From an uncultured virus (IMG/VR IMGVR_UViG_3300021197_000882) (taxonomy: Duplodnaviria; Heunggongvirae; Uroviricota; Caudoviricetes): DNA of 64,000 nt. The translations under genes and the position numbers were made by a program. Below the pieces are notes generated by a model, which saw only the letters and a program-made list of their open reading frames with translations, ran no database searches and was not told the origin of the DNA. The stretch's first letter is position 1. Each line of letters begins with the position of its first letter. This document shows positions 41,391-50,982 of the stretch, piece by piece. The stretch lies in the IMG/VR virus record IMGVR_UViG_3300021197_000882; one strand, 5' to 3'.

Positions 41391-41749
41391 TCCTCTTCCT
41401 CCTTAGTATCTACTACTGTTAGTAATCTCAAGAAATTAGATATCATTTGTTGCACTACTTCAACTTCTTCATATCTTTCTTGTTCTAGAAATCTATGCAT
41501 TAGATGAATTAAAGATGCTTGGGTTATGGCAGGACTCACCTTGGCTAAGTTCCCGTTACTGTATATTTCCCAATAGCATACAAATATCGCTCTTGCTAAA
41601 TAATTACCTTGCTTTACATCTGTCCATCCTTGATTGAAGTGGTCTAACGCTAGACCATCTAGGTTCTTCTTATACTGTAAAGTCCAGTTATCAAATTTCT
41701 TATTGTTGTTACATATTAAAAATAATTTATTAAAGTTCATTGTTCTCAC
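41387..41749 (-). CDS. hypothetical protein
   Basis: 120 aa coupled ORF. Confidence 0.65.
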   Translation of the reverse strand: MRTMNFNKLFLICNNNKKFDNWTLQYKKNLDGLALDHFNQGWTDVKQGNYLARAIFVCYWEIYSNGNLAKVSPAITQASLIHLMHRFLEQERYEEVEVVQQMISNFLRLLTVVDTKEEEE

Positions 41750-42005
41750 TATCCATTGCTTTTCTCATTGTTAGATAGAACTTACCGAAGTATAGTTCTA
41801 TATGTTCTTCTGTCATTCGACAACCCCTGCCGGAGTTTGGTGGCACCTTCATATTGTTTTCTAAAAAATACGAAAACAAATCTAATATTTCATGTGCCTT
41901 TTTAGAGTATTCCTCTAATGCTTTTGGTGTATGTTGCCTAAGTTGATTAGCACTTTCTAAACTTCTCTTGGCAAATTTCTTACTTATTCCTTTAGTTCCC
42001 GTCAT
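41730..42005 (-). CDS. hypothetical protein
   Basis: 91 aa coupled ORF. Confidence 0.6.
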   Translation of the reverse strand: MTGTKGISKKFAKRSLESANQLRQHTPKALEEYSKKAHEILDLFSYFLENNMKVPPNSGRGCRMTEEHIELYFGKFYLTMRKAMDSENNEL

Positions 42006-42198
42006 CTAATTCACTCCTTAGTATATTTAGAAGAGTTTTGGCTTCTTCTATGTTTAGCCTAATTCCCTTGTTAGTGGGTTTTTCATTTCTATGCCACCTA
42101 ATATCCATGACCTCTATGTTCCAGTAAACACCTCTTTTTACCAAAACTTCTTGATTAGCATCTCTAATCACCCTGCCTACTATTGGCATTTCACTCAC
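41992..42198 (-). CDS. PC4-like ssDNA-binding protein
   Basis: MDIRW...KPTNKGIRL signature. Confidence 0.8.
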   Translation of the reverse strand: MSEMPIVGRVIRDANQEVLVKRGVYWNIEVMDIRWHRNEKPTNKGIRLNIEEAKTLLNILRSELDDGN

Positions 42199-42592
42199 TT
42201 AACCACCCCTGTTTGAAAGTATCGAGTTCTTTTCTAGAAGTAAAATATCTAGGGGTATCAAGTTCATCTAGTCTATTTACTACCCAACAGGCACCGCCCA
42301 AAGATGATATCTGTACTACTTCATACTGACCATTATTTACCTGTATTATTTCTTTGGTGTTAATCTCAGGAACTAGACCATATTTCTTAGTTACTTCGCT
42401 TGCTATATCGTGTATATTTTCAACAACATATTTGATAATGTGCGCTCTTTGTATTGGTATCTTTGGTGCAACATCTATTGCTAAGTTACCTGTCATTTTA
42501 CAAACAACACATTTGTTGCCTTTACAAATAGGGCATTTGATTTGCGCTTTATGTGGCGCAGGTAGTGTTACTGTTACTGCTCTCTTCTTCAT
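42191..42592 (-). CDS. zinc-finger protein
   Basis: CPICKGNKCVVCKMTG. Confidence 0.7.
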   Translation of the reverse strand: MKKRAVTVTLPAPHKAQIKCPICKGNKCVVCKMTGNLAIDVAPKIPIQRAHIIKYVVENIHDIASEVTKKYGLVPEINTKEIIQVNNGQYEVVQISSLGGACWVVNRLDELDTPRYFTSRKELDTFKQGWLSE

Positions 42593-42683
42593 TTCTCTTC
42601 ACCTTCTAGACAGACCTTACATTTATTATATCTTCTAGCATAGTATTTAGACATATTTCTCCAACAAGTGGGGCATTTCAATT

Positions 42684-44213
42684 CTATGCCTCCGGCAATA
42701 ATACTGCTACATCAGTAGAAAAGAATAGTTGAGCAATAGACATAGCCGCTAAAAAACTACTCTTAGTTACCTTTACTGGGTCAAATACTCCCGCCTTAGA
42801 TAGATTTTCTACCTTATTAGTTAGGGCATTAAACCCATGACCTTTGGCAATATTCTTTCTAACCTGCTTATCATTAATATTGTCCATCAAATCATCTCTA
42901 CCACTATTTTCTAGTAGGGTTAGATAAGGTGCTTGTAATGCTTCTTTAAACCAATTGTATTTGGAAGGAATAGTATTACAAGCATGAATTAAAGTCAGTC
43001 CTCCACCAACTACAATGCCCTCCTCTAAAGCCGCTTTGGTAGCATTAAGAGCATCGTCTAATCTCTCTTTCTTTTCTCGCATTTCTATTGTTGAAGATGC
43101 CCCAACTTTAATTGTAGCAACTCCTCCCTTTAGTCTAGCAATACGAGTTTTGATTCTGTCTGCTTGATGTCCATGTACTTCATCAAGAGTTTTTGCTAAC
43201 TCTTGTATTCTGTCCTCAATAACTTCTTTGTCTGTAGGAGTACCGATAAAGGTGGTCTTCTCTTTTGTGATTATTACTTTATCACAAGTACCAAACGATT
43301 CATCGACAAATATAGTTGGTTTGTCCTTTGTCTCCGAGGCGAACAAGTAGCCGCCTAATACAGATTTTAAGTCTAATAACTCATCCAACTGAGCATCACC
43401 GAAGTTGGGTGCAAGAATTACTGAACAGTTTACAGTATTGTTAATGATGTTCATTAGTAGATTATTCATGGCTGAACCATCCATTCCTTTACATAGAATT
43501 AAAAGAGGTCTTCCTACATTAGTAGAATACTCTAACATTGGTATTAAGTCTTTAAAGGCTTGAAGAGATAGGTTAGACAGGAAAATTATAGGATTGTCAT
43601 AAACAACTCTACCTCCGTCGGTATTGCACATTAGATGGCTAAGATATCCTTCGTTAATTTCTAATCCTTCTCTTAGAGACAATTCTGTTTTGTAAGAATT
43701 AGATTCTTCTACGGTAATTATACCGCTTCTTCCTACCATGCCAACTGCTTCATTAATCAATGAACCCATTTCACTATCATTATTTGCCGCTATTGTGGCG
43801 ACATCTAGAACATCTGTATCTTTTACTTCTTTAGCACTGTTCATTAAGTTTTTAACAACCGTGTCTTTAAGTCCATTAAGAGTTTTGTTAAATGAATGAA
43901 TGTCCTTAGCATCTGCGTCTAACATTTTATGACATAACGCTTGAGCCAAAACACAAGCAGTTGTAGTTCCATCGCCTGTTTCATCTTGTGCTTGACTTGC
44001 TAAGTTTTGAACTAGTTGAACTCCCATATTAACATAAGGGTCTTCGTCGCTAATATACTTAGTAATAGTAACTCCGTCATTAATAATAACAGGAGGATTA
44101 CCTTGCAGTATAACTGTTTTGGCTTGTGGGCCAAGTGTAGGTTTTACTGTTTCTGCTACTAAATCTATTCCTTTCAAAATCTTTTCTTTTACTTCTGCTC
44201 CTTTAATTATCAT
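42684..44213 (-). CDS. groEL: group I chaperonin GroEL
   Basis: TLGP, NDGVTI, GDGTTT, APNFGD, ERLDDALNATKAALEEGIVVGGG, DPVKVT; no GGM tail. Confidence 0.96.
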   Translation of the reverse strand: MIIKGAEVKEKILKGIDLVAETVKPTLGPQAKTVILQGNPPVIINDGVTITKYISDEDPYVNMGVQLVQNLASQAQDETGDGTTTACVLAQALCHKMLDADAKDIHSFNKTLNGLKDTVVKNLMNSAKEVKDTDVLDVATIAANNDSEMGSLINEAVGMVGRSGIITVEESNSYKTELSLREGLEINEGYLSHLMCNTDGGRVVYDNPIIFLSNLSLQAFKDLIPMLEYSTNVGRPLLILCKGMDGSAMNNLLMNIINNTVNCSVILAPNFGDAQLDELLDLKSVLGGYLFASETKDKPTIFVDESFGTCDKVIITKEKTTFIGTPTDKEVIEDRIQELAKTLDEVHGHQADRIKTRIARLKGGVATIKVGASSTIEMREKKERLDDALNATKAALEEGIVVGGGLTLIHACNTIPSKYNWFKEALQAPYLTLLENSGRDDLMDNINDKQVRKNIAKGHGFNALTNKVENLSKAGVFDPVKVTKSSFLAAMSIAQLFFSTDVAVLLPEA

Positions 44214-44440
44214 TCGTCATCCTTCTCCTGTATTACTGCCATAATAGAATTCTTGTGTACTAAGAAATAGTCACCATAAGTATGTTGTTCGTGTGCTTGA
44301 GAATATAATACTCTCTTCCCTCTAAGTTTCTTATCGGGTGCATCTACTACTAGTCCTACATTACCTGCATCAATCATTAATCCACTTGCTAGTTTCTTTG
44401 TTGTTCTTTCTAGAACAACCCAATCTCCGTATGCTTTCAT
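44210..44440 (-). CDS. groES: co-chaperonin GroES-like
   Basis: GDWVVL...ASGLMI...IMAVI; directly upstream of groEL. Confidence 0.8.
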   Translation of the reverse strand: MKAYGDWVVLERTTKKLASGLMIDAGNVGLVVDAPDKKLRGKRVLYSQAHEQHTYGDYFLVHKNSIMAVIQEKDDE

Positions 44441-44964
44441 TCAATATTCCTCCCGTTTTCTTCCCATTGCTGAGTGTAATCTAGAAAGTTACCTTCTTGA
44501 TATACATCTAACTCATGAGGTCTATCTTGAGTCCAATGACCATAATGTTCTACTCCACCTAATACATAGGCTTCTTTCATAATGGGTTGCCAAACTTTGA
44601 CGGTTCCTATATCAGTTCCGCTAAAATAAGCACTACCGAAAGGATGAGTATGAATCCAACACTCAACAGGTAATTTCATTCCAACAGGATTTATTTGAAA
44701 GTCTACATATCCTGCTGTTCCAGTTGAAACATGAATATCTCTATTACCATCAATAACAACTTGAACTTCTAGATGAGGTAGAATCTCAGTAGAGGCGTAC
44801 CAAATAGATTCGAACATTTCTTTGATATCTTTTGTTTTATCATAACTATCTATGATATGCCTTTCTGCTAGAAACCTATGTTCCTTTAGTTCTTCCATAT
44901 ACTTTTCATATGAACTATCGTCATTATTTATTTCGTCAAAATATTTATCTTTCATTTTACTCAT
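44437..44964 (-). CDS. JAB/MPN+ (JAMM) metalloprotease
   Basis: E...WIHTHP...FSGTD = E-HxH-x7-S-x2-D motif. Confidence 0.88.
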   Translation of the reverse strand: MSKMKDKYFDEINNDDSSYEKYMEELKEHRFLAERHIIDSYDKTKDIKEMFESIWYASTEILPHLEVQVVIDGNRDIHVSTGTAGYVDFQINPVGMKLPVECWIHTHPFGSAYFSGTDIGTVKVWQPIMKEAYVLGGVEHYGHWTQDRPHELDVYQEGNFLDYTQQWEENGRNIE

Positions 44965-45518
44965 ACATTCACCACCTTAAAGTCGCATACTTCTTCATCG
45001 TTGAAGTATCTTTGAATCCACTGTGCGCCCATTCCTGCAATAGCAACTTGCATAAAATGAACTCCTTCATTACTTCCATCCCACGAATCTCCTTGACAAG
45101 AGAACGAACCGTCTTTACCGGCCAATAAACTTTCATACATCTTAATGTCGGCTTTATGGCTCACAAGTGCGGCATTCCTACCTTGCGCCCGTAGGTCTAA
45201 CCATTTAGTCTTTGTGTTATACATAGTTCTTCTAAGGCCTAAATTGTCTACACAACAAATAACCAAATCATATCCTTGCATTTGTTTTTCAGTTAGAATA
45301 GGGTACGGAGAAGAATTTACAATACTTTCATGTTTGCTAAACACGGCCTTTGCTTTGTTCGTCCCTACATCATCAGCAGTAAAGTTTTGATATGGTATAT
45401 TCTTTGTTTCTACAATATCGGGGTCTGCTACTGTTATGTTATATAATTCTACTTTATCTAAAAGTGGTATCAAGAAACTCCCAATACCACCTGCTCCAAT
45501 CACTAATACTTTTCTCAT
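44961..45518 (-). CDS. ThiF/E1-like ubiquitin-like-protein activating enzyme
   Basis: VIGAGGIGS, DPDIVETKNIPYQ, K, CCVDN..LR; candidate catalytic Cys in FSCQ. Confidence 0.9.
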   Translation of the reverse strand: MRKVLVIGAGGIGSFLIPLLDKVELYNITVADPDIVETKNIPYQNFTADDVGTNKAKAVFSKHESIVNSSPYPILTEKQMQGYDLVICCVDNLGLRRTMYNTKTKWLDLRAQGRNAALVSHKADIKMYESLLAGKDGSFSCQGDSWDGSNEGVHFMQVAIAGMGAQWIQRYFNDEEVCDFKVVNV

Positions 45519-45529
45519 TTTAATTCCTC

Positions 45530-45649
45530 CTAATAATATTTTTCGCTTTGCTCGTTATAGCCACAATCTTTACATTGGACTCCTTCATAATTTTCTGTCT
45601 CCCATTCAAACATTATTCCATCACATCTTGGACATCTATATTGTTTCAT
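45530..45649 (-). CDS. 39 aa zinc-ribbon protein (not in ORF track)
   Basis: MKQYRCPRCDG...QCKDCGY; GGTGA RBS. Confidence 0.65.
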   Translation of the reverse strand: MKQYRCPRCDGIMFEWETENYEGVQCKDCGYNEQSEKYY

Positions 45650-45651
45650 AT

Positions 45652-45861
45652 TTATTCACCTCTACTAATTATTCCTTTATCTAACAACTCTTGGTAGTTA
45701 TCCATCCAACTACCTAGAATCTTTATTGCTTCTCTTCGGCCTAAGCCAAACTCCTCTCTCAAATATGGAGTAGCACCAAACATATTGGTTACTCCACTTT
45801 GCCGTAATTCTTCTAAATACACATAGTATTCAGTCCATTCTTCTTTTATTTCTTTACTCAT
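45652..45861 (-). CDS. small helical protein (DUF5049-like)
   Basis: LEELRQSGVTNMFGA motif. Confidence 0.65.
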   Translation of the reverse strand: MSKEIKEEWTEYYVYLEELRQSGVTNMFGATPYLREEFGLGRREAIKILGSWMDNYQELLDKGIISRGE

Positions 45862-45870
45862 TTTAATTCC

Positions 45871-46704
45871 TCATATTAATTGTTTTCCTTTTATTTGTTC
45901 TGTGCTTACTAAACCTATTAGATTCAGTAATTTCTTGCCGGTGTTCCTTATCGTCCATCTAGTTAATCTAGACTTTTCGTGTATTACTTGGCAGGTAATA
46001 TCGCTTCTAAGATTTATATTTGCTGCTAACCAACATATAGAAGCGGGATAACTAGTAGGTATGTTAAATCCGCTTTCTTCTATTATAGGACAGAAGTATT
46101 CATGAACTTCTATTGCCTGTTTGGTAAACATAGCATCGCTCGCTATTATTGATGCTAGTCTTTCTATTTCATAGACAGGAGTTGGTCTTTTATTAACAGT
46201 GCCGTAGTGCTTCTTAATTTTCTTTACTATTTTTATTACCTTAGCCTTCTCACTATTGAATTCAATGGAGCATATATCACTGTAGTTCACAGGAGTATTA
46301 TTTTCTAATAAACAATAGTATACTACAGCACTTGCTCTGTCTTCATAAGTATCTCTAGTAGAGAATATATTCTTTTTATACAAGGCCATATAGATTCCTT
46401 CGCATCTGAGTTTTAGTGACTCAGCACTACTAAAGTTAGCCAATAGTATTTTACAGAAAGAAAGCCCTTGCAGTATATGACTAGGAGTAGAATTATAATA
46501 TCTTCTACCTTTACCAATGGTAATAGAACCCAAGGTTCCTTTATCCGGAGAGTGGTTGCTCCCACCTCTAACAGTTTCTTCGAATATTTCTGTTATTATG
46601 ACTAGCCCACACTCATCGCATACCATTTCGCCTAACCTTTCATCGAAAGATATTGCTTTACTATTGCACTCATTGCAGAAATTTATCGACTCTGTTAGCA
46701 TCAA
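45871..46704 (-). CDS. tfb: transcription initiation factor B (TFB/TFIIB)-like protein
   Basis: CNEC...DERLGEMVCDECGLVI zinc ribbon, LGS, two degenerate cyclin-like repeats. Confidence 0.82.
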   Translation of the reverse strand: MMLTESINFCNECNSKAISFDERLGEMVCDECGLVIITEIFEETVRGGSNHSPDKGTLGSITIGKGRRYYNSTPSHILQGLSFCKILLANFSSAESLKLRCEGIYMALYKKNIFSTRDTYEDRASAVVYYCLLENNTPVNYSDICSIEFNSEKAKVIKIVKKIKKHYGTVNKRPTPVYEIERLASIIASDAMFTKQAIEVHEYFCPIIEESGFNIPTSYPASICWLAANINLRSDITCQVIHEKSRLTRWTIRNTGKKLLNLIGLVSTEQIKGKQLI

Positions 46705-47881
46705 TTATTTCTCCTGTAAATGCCTTGTCATCCAATCTACATTTGTTCTCATCTATCCCACTTAGATAGCCTCGAATTGTACTTACTCTCTTAAGCATAA
46801 GAATGTCGTTAAGAGTAGCAAAGGCTCTAGCACACATTTGGTCTCCTAGTGGAGCATCTTTAGACATATTATCTATACAAATCGGCCCTTTCCATGTAAG
46901 AACTGTATTATAGATAGGCTCTCCTTCTTCATCTTCACTCGCATAGTCCTCTTTAGTGCCTAAGACATAAGTAGAAACTCTTTGAGTACCTGAAGTTGCG
47001 CCGTTATCTCTAATAAACCAATCATATCCTTTTCCTCTAACTAACATACCATCTAGTTTCTCTCCGGATTTTTTGTAGACCAAGGTTATTTTATCCGAGA
47101 ACTGTTTTGCTAAATCTTGGACTAACTCTTTTGCTCTTTTCTCAATCAAGTCAGCAGTTCTGTTTTGTTCTAAGAACGGTATCATCAATTCCATTTCACT
47201 ATGAGTTGGTACTCTACCAACGGTGTCTAAAAATAATTTTTTTGGTGAACAATACTTCCATTTTCCCGTCTTCTTTCCGTGTAAGAAGAAGGAACAAAAG
47301 GAGTTTATCTCTTTTGCTTTCATAGTACCCCAAATACCATCGCTTAATTCAATGGCATATTCGTCAGAGCCTATTTGTTGAACATTGAGCCTTACTTCTA
47401 CTCTTTCAAAATCCTTGTAGAAATTATAGGGCATCTTGTTCTCTAAGACATATCTAATATCTTCGGAAATATTCAGTGATTTAAGTAAAGTTCTTTGAAG
47501 TTCTAGTTTATTGTCCGTCCAAAGAGATTTGATTAGAACTCTAGCGAGTACACTAAGCATATGATTAAAACTCACAGCCTTGCCATTCATATAGTATCTA
47601 GACGAACCTTCTAAAAGAATAGGTACGGAGCCTATTTTAAAGTACATTTCTTCCAGTCTTTTTAGTCTACCCTTTCCTAAATGTTCTTTGAAGTAATCCT
47701 TTACTCCATCTAAAACAGGGTCTTTGCTTCTACTGTTTCTAATACTAATTGTACTACCACGCCACAAATAGGCAGAACCTTCCCATGTTATTACTGTTTT
47801 TCCTAGAACATCATTACTGTCGTCCGGAGTTGGTATTACTATATTTGCTTCTCTTTCTATTTCTATTTCCATTATAATCAC
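46670..47881 (-). CDS. hypothetical protein; C-terminal GPICID resembles an E2 catalytic-Cys context
   Basis: 403 aa ORF is solid; the E2 resemblance rests on one short motif and its neighbours. Confidence 0.6.
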   Translation of the reverse strand: MIIMEIEIEREANIVIPTPDDSNDVLGKTVITWEGSAYLWRGSTISIRNSRSKDPVLDGVKDYFKEHLGKGRLKRLEEMYFKIGSVPILLEGSSRYYMNGKAVSFNHMLSVLARVLIKSLWTDNKLELQRTLLKSLNISEDIRYVLENKMPYNFYKDFERVEVRLNVQQIGSDEYAIELSDGIWGTMKAKEINSFCSFFLHGKKTGKWKYCSPKKLFLDTVGRVPTHSEMELMIPFLEQNRTADLIEKRAKELVQDLAKQFSDKITLVYKKSGEKLDGMLVRGKGYDWFIRDNGATSGTQRVSTYVLGTKEDYASEDEEGEPIYNTVLTWKGPICIDNMSKDAPLGDQMCARAFATLNDILMLKRVSTIRGYLSGIDENKCRLDDKAFTGEIIDANRVDKFLQ

Positions 47882-47992
47882 ATCATATATACATTCTTTT
47901 TTTCTTTATCACAAACTATGTGACATTCGTTTTTTATTTCTATCATGTTCGTGAGTTGGCCACCGCAAACTCTACATCTAGTTGCTATTTTT

Positions 47993-48379
47993 CTATTTCT
48001 TGTGCTTTGTTGATATTTCGGGTCTTTTTCTTTCAATTATTTCACCTTCCATTTTTATTTTAGTTTCACAAATAATACAATTATCATTACAATTATGGTT
48101 ATGATAATCTAACATTTGCTTAGTTTCTTTTACTTGTTTAATTAAGTATTTCTTGAATCCGATGTCTATTGCTTCTTGTATATTATACAACTCATCTAAT
48201 CTACAAAAATCATAATATAAATTAGATATTTTGCTAGCATCGGTATCGAATATATCTTTAAATTCATCAATCACATTGATTGAGTTCTTCATAATTATTT
48301 TACTTTCCATAGAGAAGTCTCTCATAATGAAAAGCATTATTGTTAGTGCTTCGTTATATTTTTTAACGAGGCTAGGCAC
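47993..48379 (-). CDS. hypothetical protein
   Basis: GGAGG RBS, GTG start, HNHNCNDNCIIC cluster. Confidence 0.6.
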   Translation of the reverse strand: MPSLVKKYNEALTIMLFIMRDFSMESKIIMKNSINVIDEFKDIFDTDASKISNLYYDFCRLDELYNIQEAIDIGFKKYLIKQVKETKQMLDYHNHNCNDNCIICETKIKMEGEIIERKRPEISTKHKK

Positions 48380-48572
48380 AACTAGTCCTCCTGTAATGTA
48401 AACAACTTTTCTAAGGTTGTTATTATTTTTACACCCCTATCGACATCCTTTTGTGTCAATCTATCGGTATGCAACATTTTCTTAAGTTCCTTGAACGAAT
48501 CTGCAACTATTTGCCTATTATTCATAATTGTTTTGAGTAGGATAAGGAACATAAACCTATCGTTTTGTGAGA

Positions 48573-48602
48573 GGTAGACCCAAGCCCCTTTATGGGTCTA
48601 CC
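48573..48602 (-). terminator. 10-bp hairpin downstream of ubiquitin-like gene (terminator or processing site)
   Basis: GGTAGACCCA / TGGGTCTACC perfect inverted repeat. Confidence 0.55.
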
Positions 48603-48633
48603 CCTCTGAGGGAAAGAACAGATAATTACCTAA

Positions 48634-48840
48634 TCAAAGGTTGCCTCCAACAATAGCGTTTACTAGGTCTACTGTCTCAACAGCATCCCAGTTAATTTCG
48701 GCTATATCTTCTCTACTTACCATTTCTCCATCAACGAAGCACCAGTGTGTAGGGTGAGTCTCTATCTGTTCAATTATGCTAGTAGATTCTAGCATTAAGT
48801 CAGTGTGTCCTGTATCATTCATTATTCTTAATCGTATCAT
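48634..48840 (-). CDS. ubiquitin-like beta-grasp protein (ThiS/SAMP-like) with GG-NL C-terminus
   Basis: 68 aa; FVDGEMV...VDLVNAIVGG-NL; GGAG RBS and own TATA box. Confidence 0.82.
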   Translation of the reverse strand: MIRLRIMNDTGHTDLMLESTSIIEQIETHPTHWCFVDGEMVSREDIAEINWDAVETVDLVNAIVGGNL

Positions 48841-48878
48841 ATTTTCATCTCCTGTATTTGTTCTCTCTTCTCTCCACT

Positions 48879-48886
48879 ATTTAAAC
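48879..48886 (-). promoter_or_regulatory. archaeal TATA-box promoter for the ubiquitin-like gene
   Basis: TAGTTTAAATA on - strand; same 11-mer at 54961-54971 upstream of ORF 54938. Confidence 0.6.
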
Positions 48887-49002
48887 TATTCACACCTTAA
48901 GGCTAAGAGGTGCATAAATTAAAAGCAGGGGTAGCAATAGCAACGCCCCCACTAACACAAAACAATAGCCAATTACATCGCATATTGTCCATTTTTCTTC
49001 GG

Positions 49003-49263
49003 TCATTCCAAATCACCTGTTGAATTATTATTCCATTCTTGGTCATCTTTTTCAAATGCTCTCTGCTCTACCAAAAAGGATGTTAAAAGTTCATCCATCT
49101 TGTCTTGTAGACTATGTACTACACCGGAAATAGTTTTACGGTATAGACTAATCCATATCTTATGATATGAATTAATCACAATCTTAGGTCTGTCGCTTTC
49201 TGTTTGGCTTATTATTATCGGTGGCATTTCTGCCGAGTTTATTATTCTGTATTCTACTTCCAT
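49003..49263 (-). CDS. hypothetical protein
   Basis: 86 aa, GGAGG RBS. Confidence 0.65.
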   Translation of the reverse strand: MEVEYRIINSAEMPPIIISQTESDRPKIVINSYHKIWISLYRKTISGVVHSLQDKMDELLTSFLVEQRAFEKDDQEWNNNSTGDLE

Positions 49264-49265
49264 TT

Positions 49266-49592
49266 TTATTCCTCCTTGAGTGCATCGGCATATCCTTGAC
49301 CTAGTATCATAACTCCTCTAGTGTTCTTGGACATAACGATTTCGTCTAACCTATCTAATTTATCGGTTGGGTTAGCATCAACCGAGTTTACAATAAATTC
49401 TGCTAGTAATATAGCAACCTTTACTGGACTTACATCTCTAAACAACTTGTATAGGTGTTCTGTTATATTATCCCTATACATATCATGGTACTTACAATCT
49501 AAACATTCTTCTTTGACTACACATTCATAAGTATAATCTGACTTTAAATACCATCCTTTTCCTTCACAAACTTCACAATTCTTCAAGTACAT
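49266..49592 (-). CDS. zinc-finger protein
   Basis: CEVCEGKG...CLDC. Confidence 0.65.
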   Translation of the reverse strand: MYLKNCEVCEGKGWYLKSDYTYECVVKEECLDCKYHDMYRDNITEHLYKLFRDVSPVKVAILLAEFIVNSVDANPTDKLDRLDEIVMSKNTRGVMILGQGYADALKEE

Positions 49593-50217
49593 TCCTCCTA
49601 TATTCTTCTATTTTCTTTTGATATGCTTCTCTAACGGGTGCATATTTCTTTGCTATGTGGTCTTTTGGCCACCATGTAGGCTTATCTCTACCTTTCCAGT
49701 TAGCAAAAGACCATTTTGCTTCTAGATAATAATGTTGATAACTTTTCTCAACAAAGTTCCAATCGCTGAGGTTGGGGTAATCTTCTCTATTTAGTCTATA
49801 AACATCAAACATAGCAATAGAAATAGGTGTTGCTAAAGTCCAATCACCGTCAAAATCTACTGATGTATGTAATATTCTATCCTGAGAACCATGTCTTTTA
49901 CCGTATCTATGAGTATATTCATCGCACATTGCTAGAGCATGGTGGTATAACCACATTGTATTATCTATATTCTGTCTAGCCCATATCGTACTAGGGTGAT
50001 TAAGCATAGCAGGTTTCATTAGAATAGAGTTACTTTCTTCATGATATTCTTTTAGTTTAGCAAGGCTAGGCTCATAGCCAAATCTTAGCACAAACTCATT
50101 GAATAAATCATTAGTGTGTAGCATTTGACAACTCTCAGTTGGCATTTTAACAATGTGTTTATCTATCATCTGTAATACAGAAGTGAAAGGGTTTCTTGAT
50201 AGTGCAAATATATTCAT
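49573..50217 (-). CDS. pyrimidine-dimer DNA glycosylase-family protein
   Basis: MNIF...DKHIVKM..ESCQML...NHPSTIWAR...EYTHRYGKRH. Confidence 0.8.
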   Translation of the reverse strand: MNIFALSRNPFTSVLQMIDKHIVKMPTESCQMLHTNDLFNEFVLRFGYEPSLAKLKEYHEESNSILMKPAMLNHPSTIWARQNIDNTMWLYHHALAMCDEYTHRYGKRHGSQDRILHTSVDFDGDWTLATPISIAMFDVYRLNREDYPNLSDWNFVEKSYQHYYLEAKWSFANWKGRDKPTWWPKDHIAKKYAPVREAYQKKIEEYRRNVLEEL

Positions 50218-50456
50218 TCTTCTTCACCTATTATTGAGTCGTAGTGGTCTAGTGCTTGAACATAGGTTGTGCAAGTTATGGTTAAATCATCTCTTCTAAC
50301 CTGCCAATCATTACCGTCATGTGGTTCTCTACCATCCCAAATTTCATCTTTGAAGAATAGCATCATAGATACTACATCTTCAAAAATGTATATTACTTTC
50401 ATAGCGATAGTTCCATCGTTATATATTGTATTCCCAAATTCTTGTTTTACTTTCAT
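50214..50456 (-). CDS. hypothetical protein
   Basis: 80 aa, GGAG RBS, coupled. Confidence 0.6.
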   Translation of the reverse strand: MKVKQEFGNTIYNDGTIAMKVIYIFEDVVSMMLFFKDEIWDGREPHDGNDWQVRRDDLTITCTTYVQALDHYDSIIGEEE

Positions 50457-50761
50457 ATTTTCATTCTCCTTTTTGATATTTCATACGCCTTTGAGTGCTT
50501 ATACCCAAGGGCGATTAGTTTTTTGAATACTTCTATTCTTCTCTGTTCCATCTTAACGCCTCTTTGTAGAAACTCAGGTTTGTATTGATGTTGTTTGTGC
50601 TTAGGTATAATCTCAAACATTTTCATGTTCAATCGCCTCTTCTTCACAGTAATTATGGTCGCCACATTTGTCGCACATACCACAGTCGGGGCAAAGTATT
50701 CTTTCATGGTTAAACCTGCTACCACAGTTATAACATTCAAACTCGTATTTGTCTGTGTCAA

Positions 50762-50980
50762 TCATTCAATCACCTTCTTTTGTGACCAGTATTGGTAAGT
50801 TAGCATTGCTGTCTTTAGCAAATTGTAGTTGTTTGCACTTGGGTTCTTTATGAAATAGTCTGTCGCCATAATTAATGTTTCATTTGAATTTATTTTCGCT
50901 TGCTCTACTTCTTTTTTTGGAGCAGGTTCGTAAACCGCACCAAAGGCTTCTGTTATTATTTCGTATATTTTTTCTTCCAT
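50762..50980 (-). CDS. hypothetical protein
   Basis: 72 aa, GGAG RBS. Confidence 0.6.
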   Translation of the reverse strand: MEEKIYEIITEAFGAVYEPAPKKEVEQAKINSNETLIMATDYFIKNPSANNYNLLKTAMLTYQYWSQKKVIE

Positions 50981-50982
50981 TT

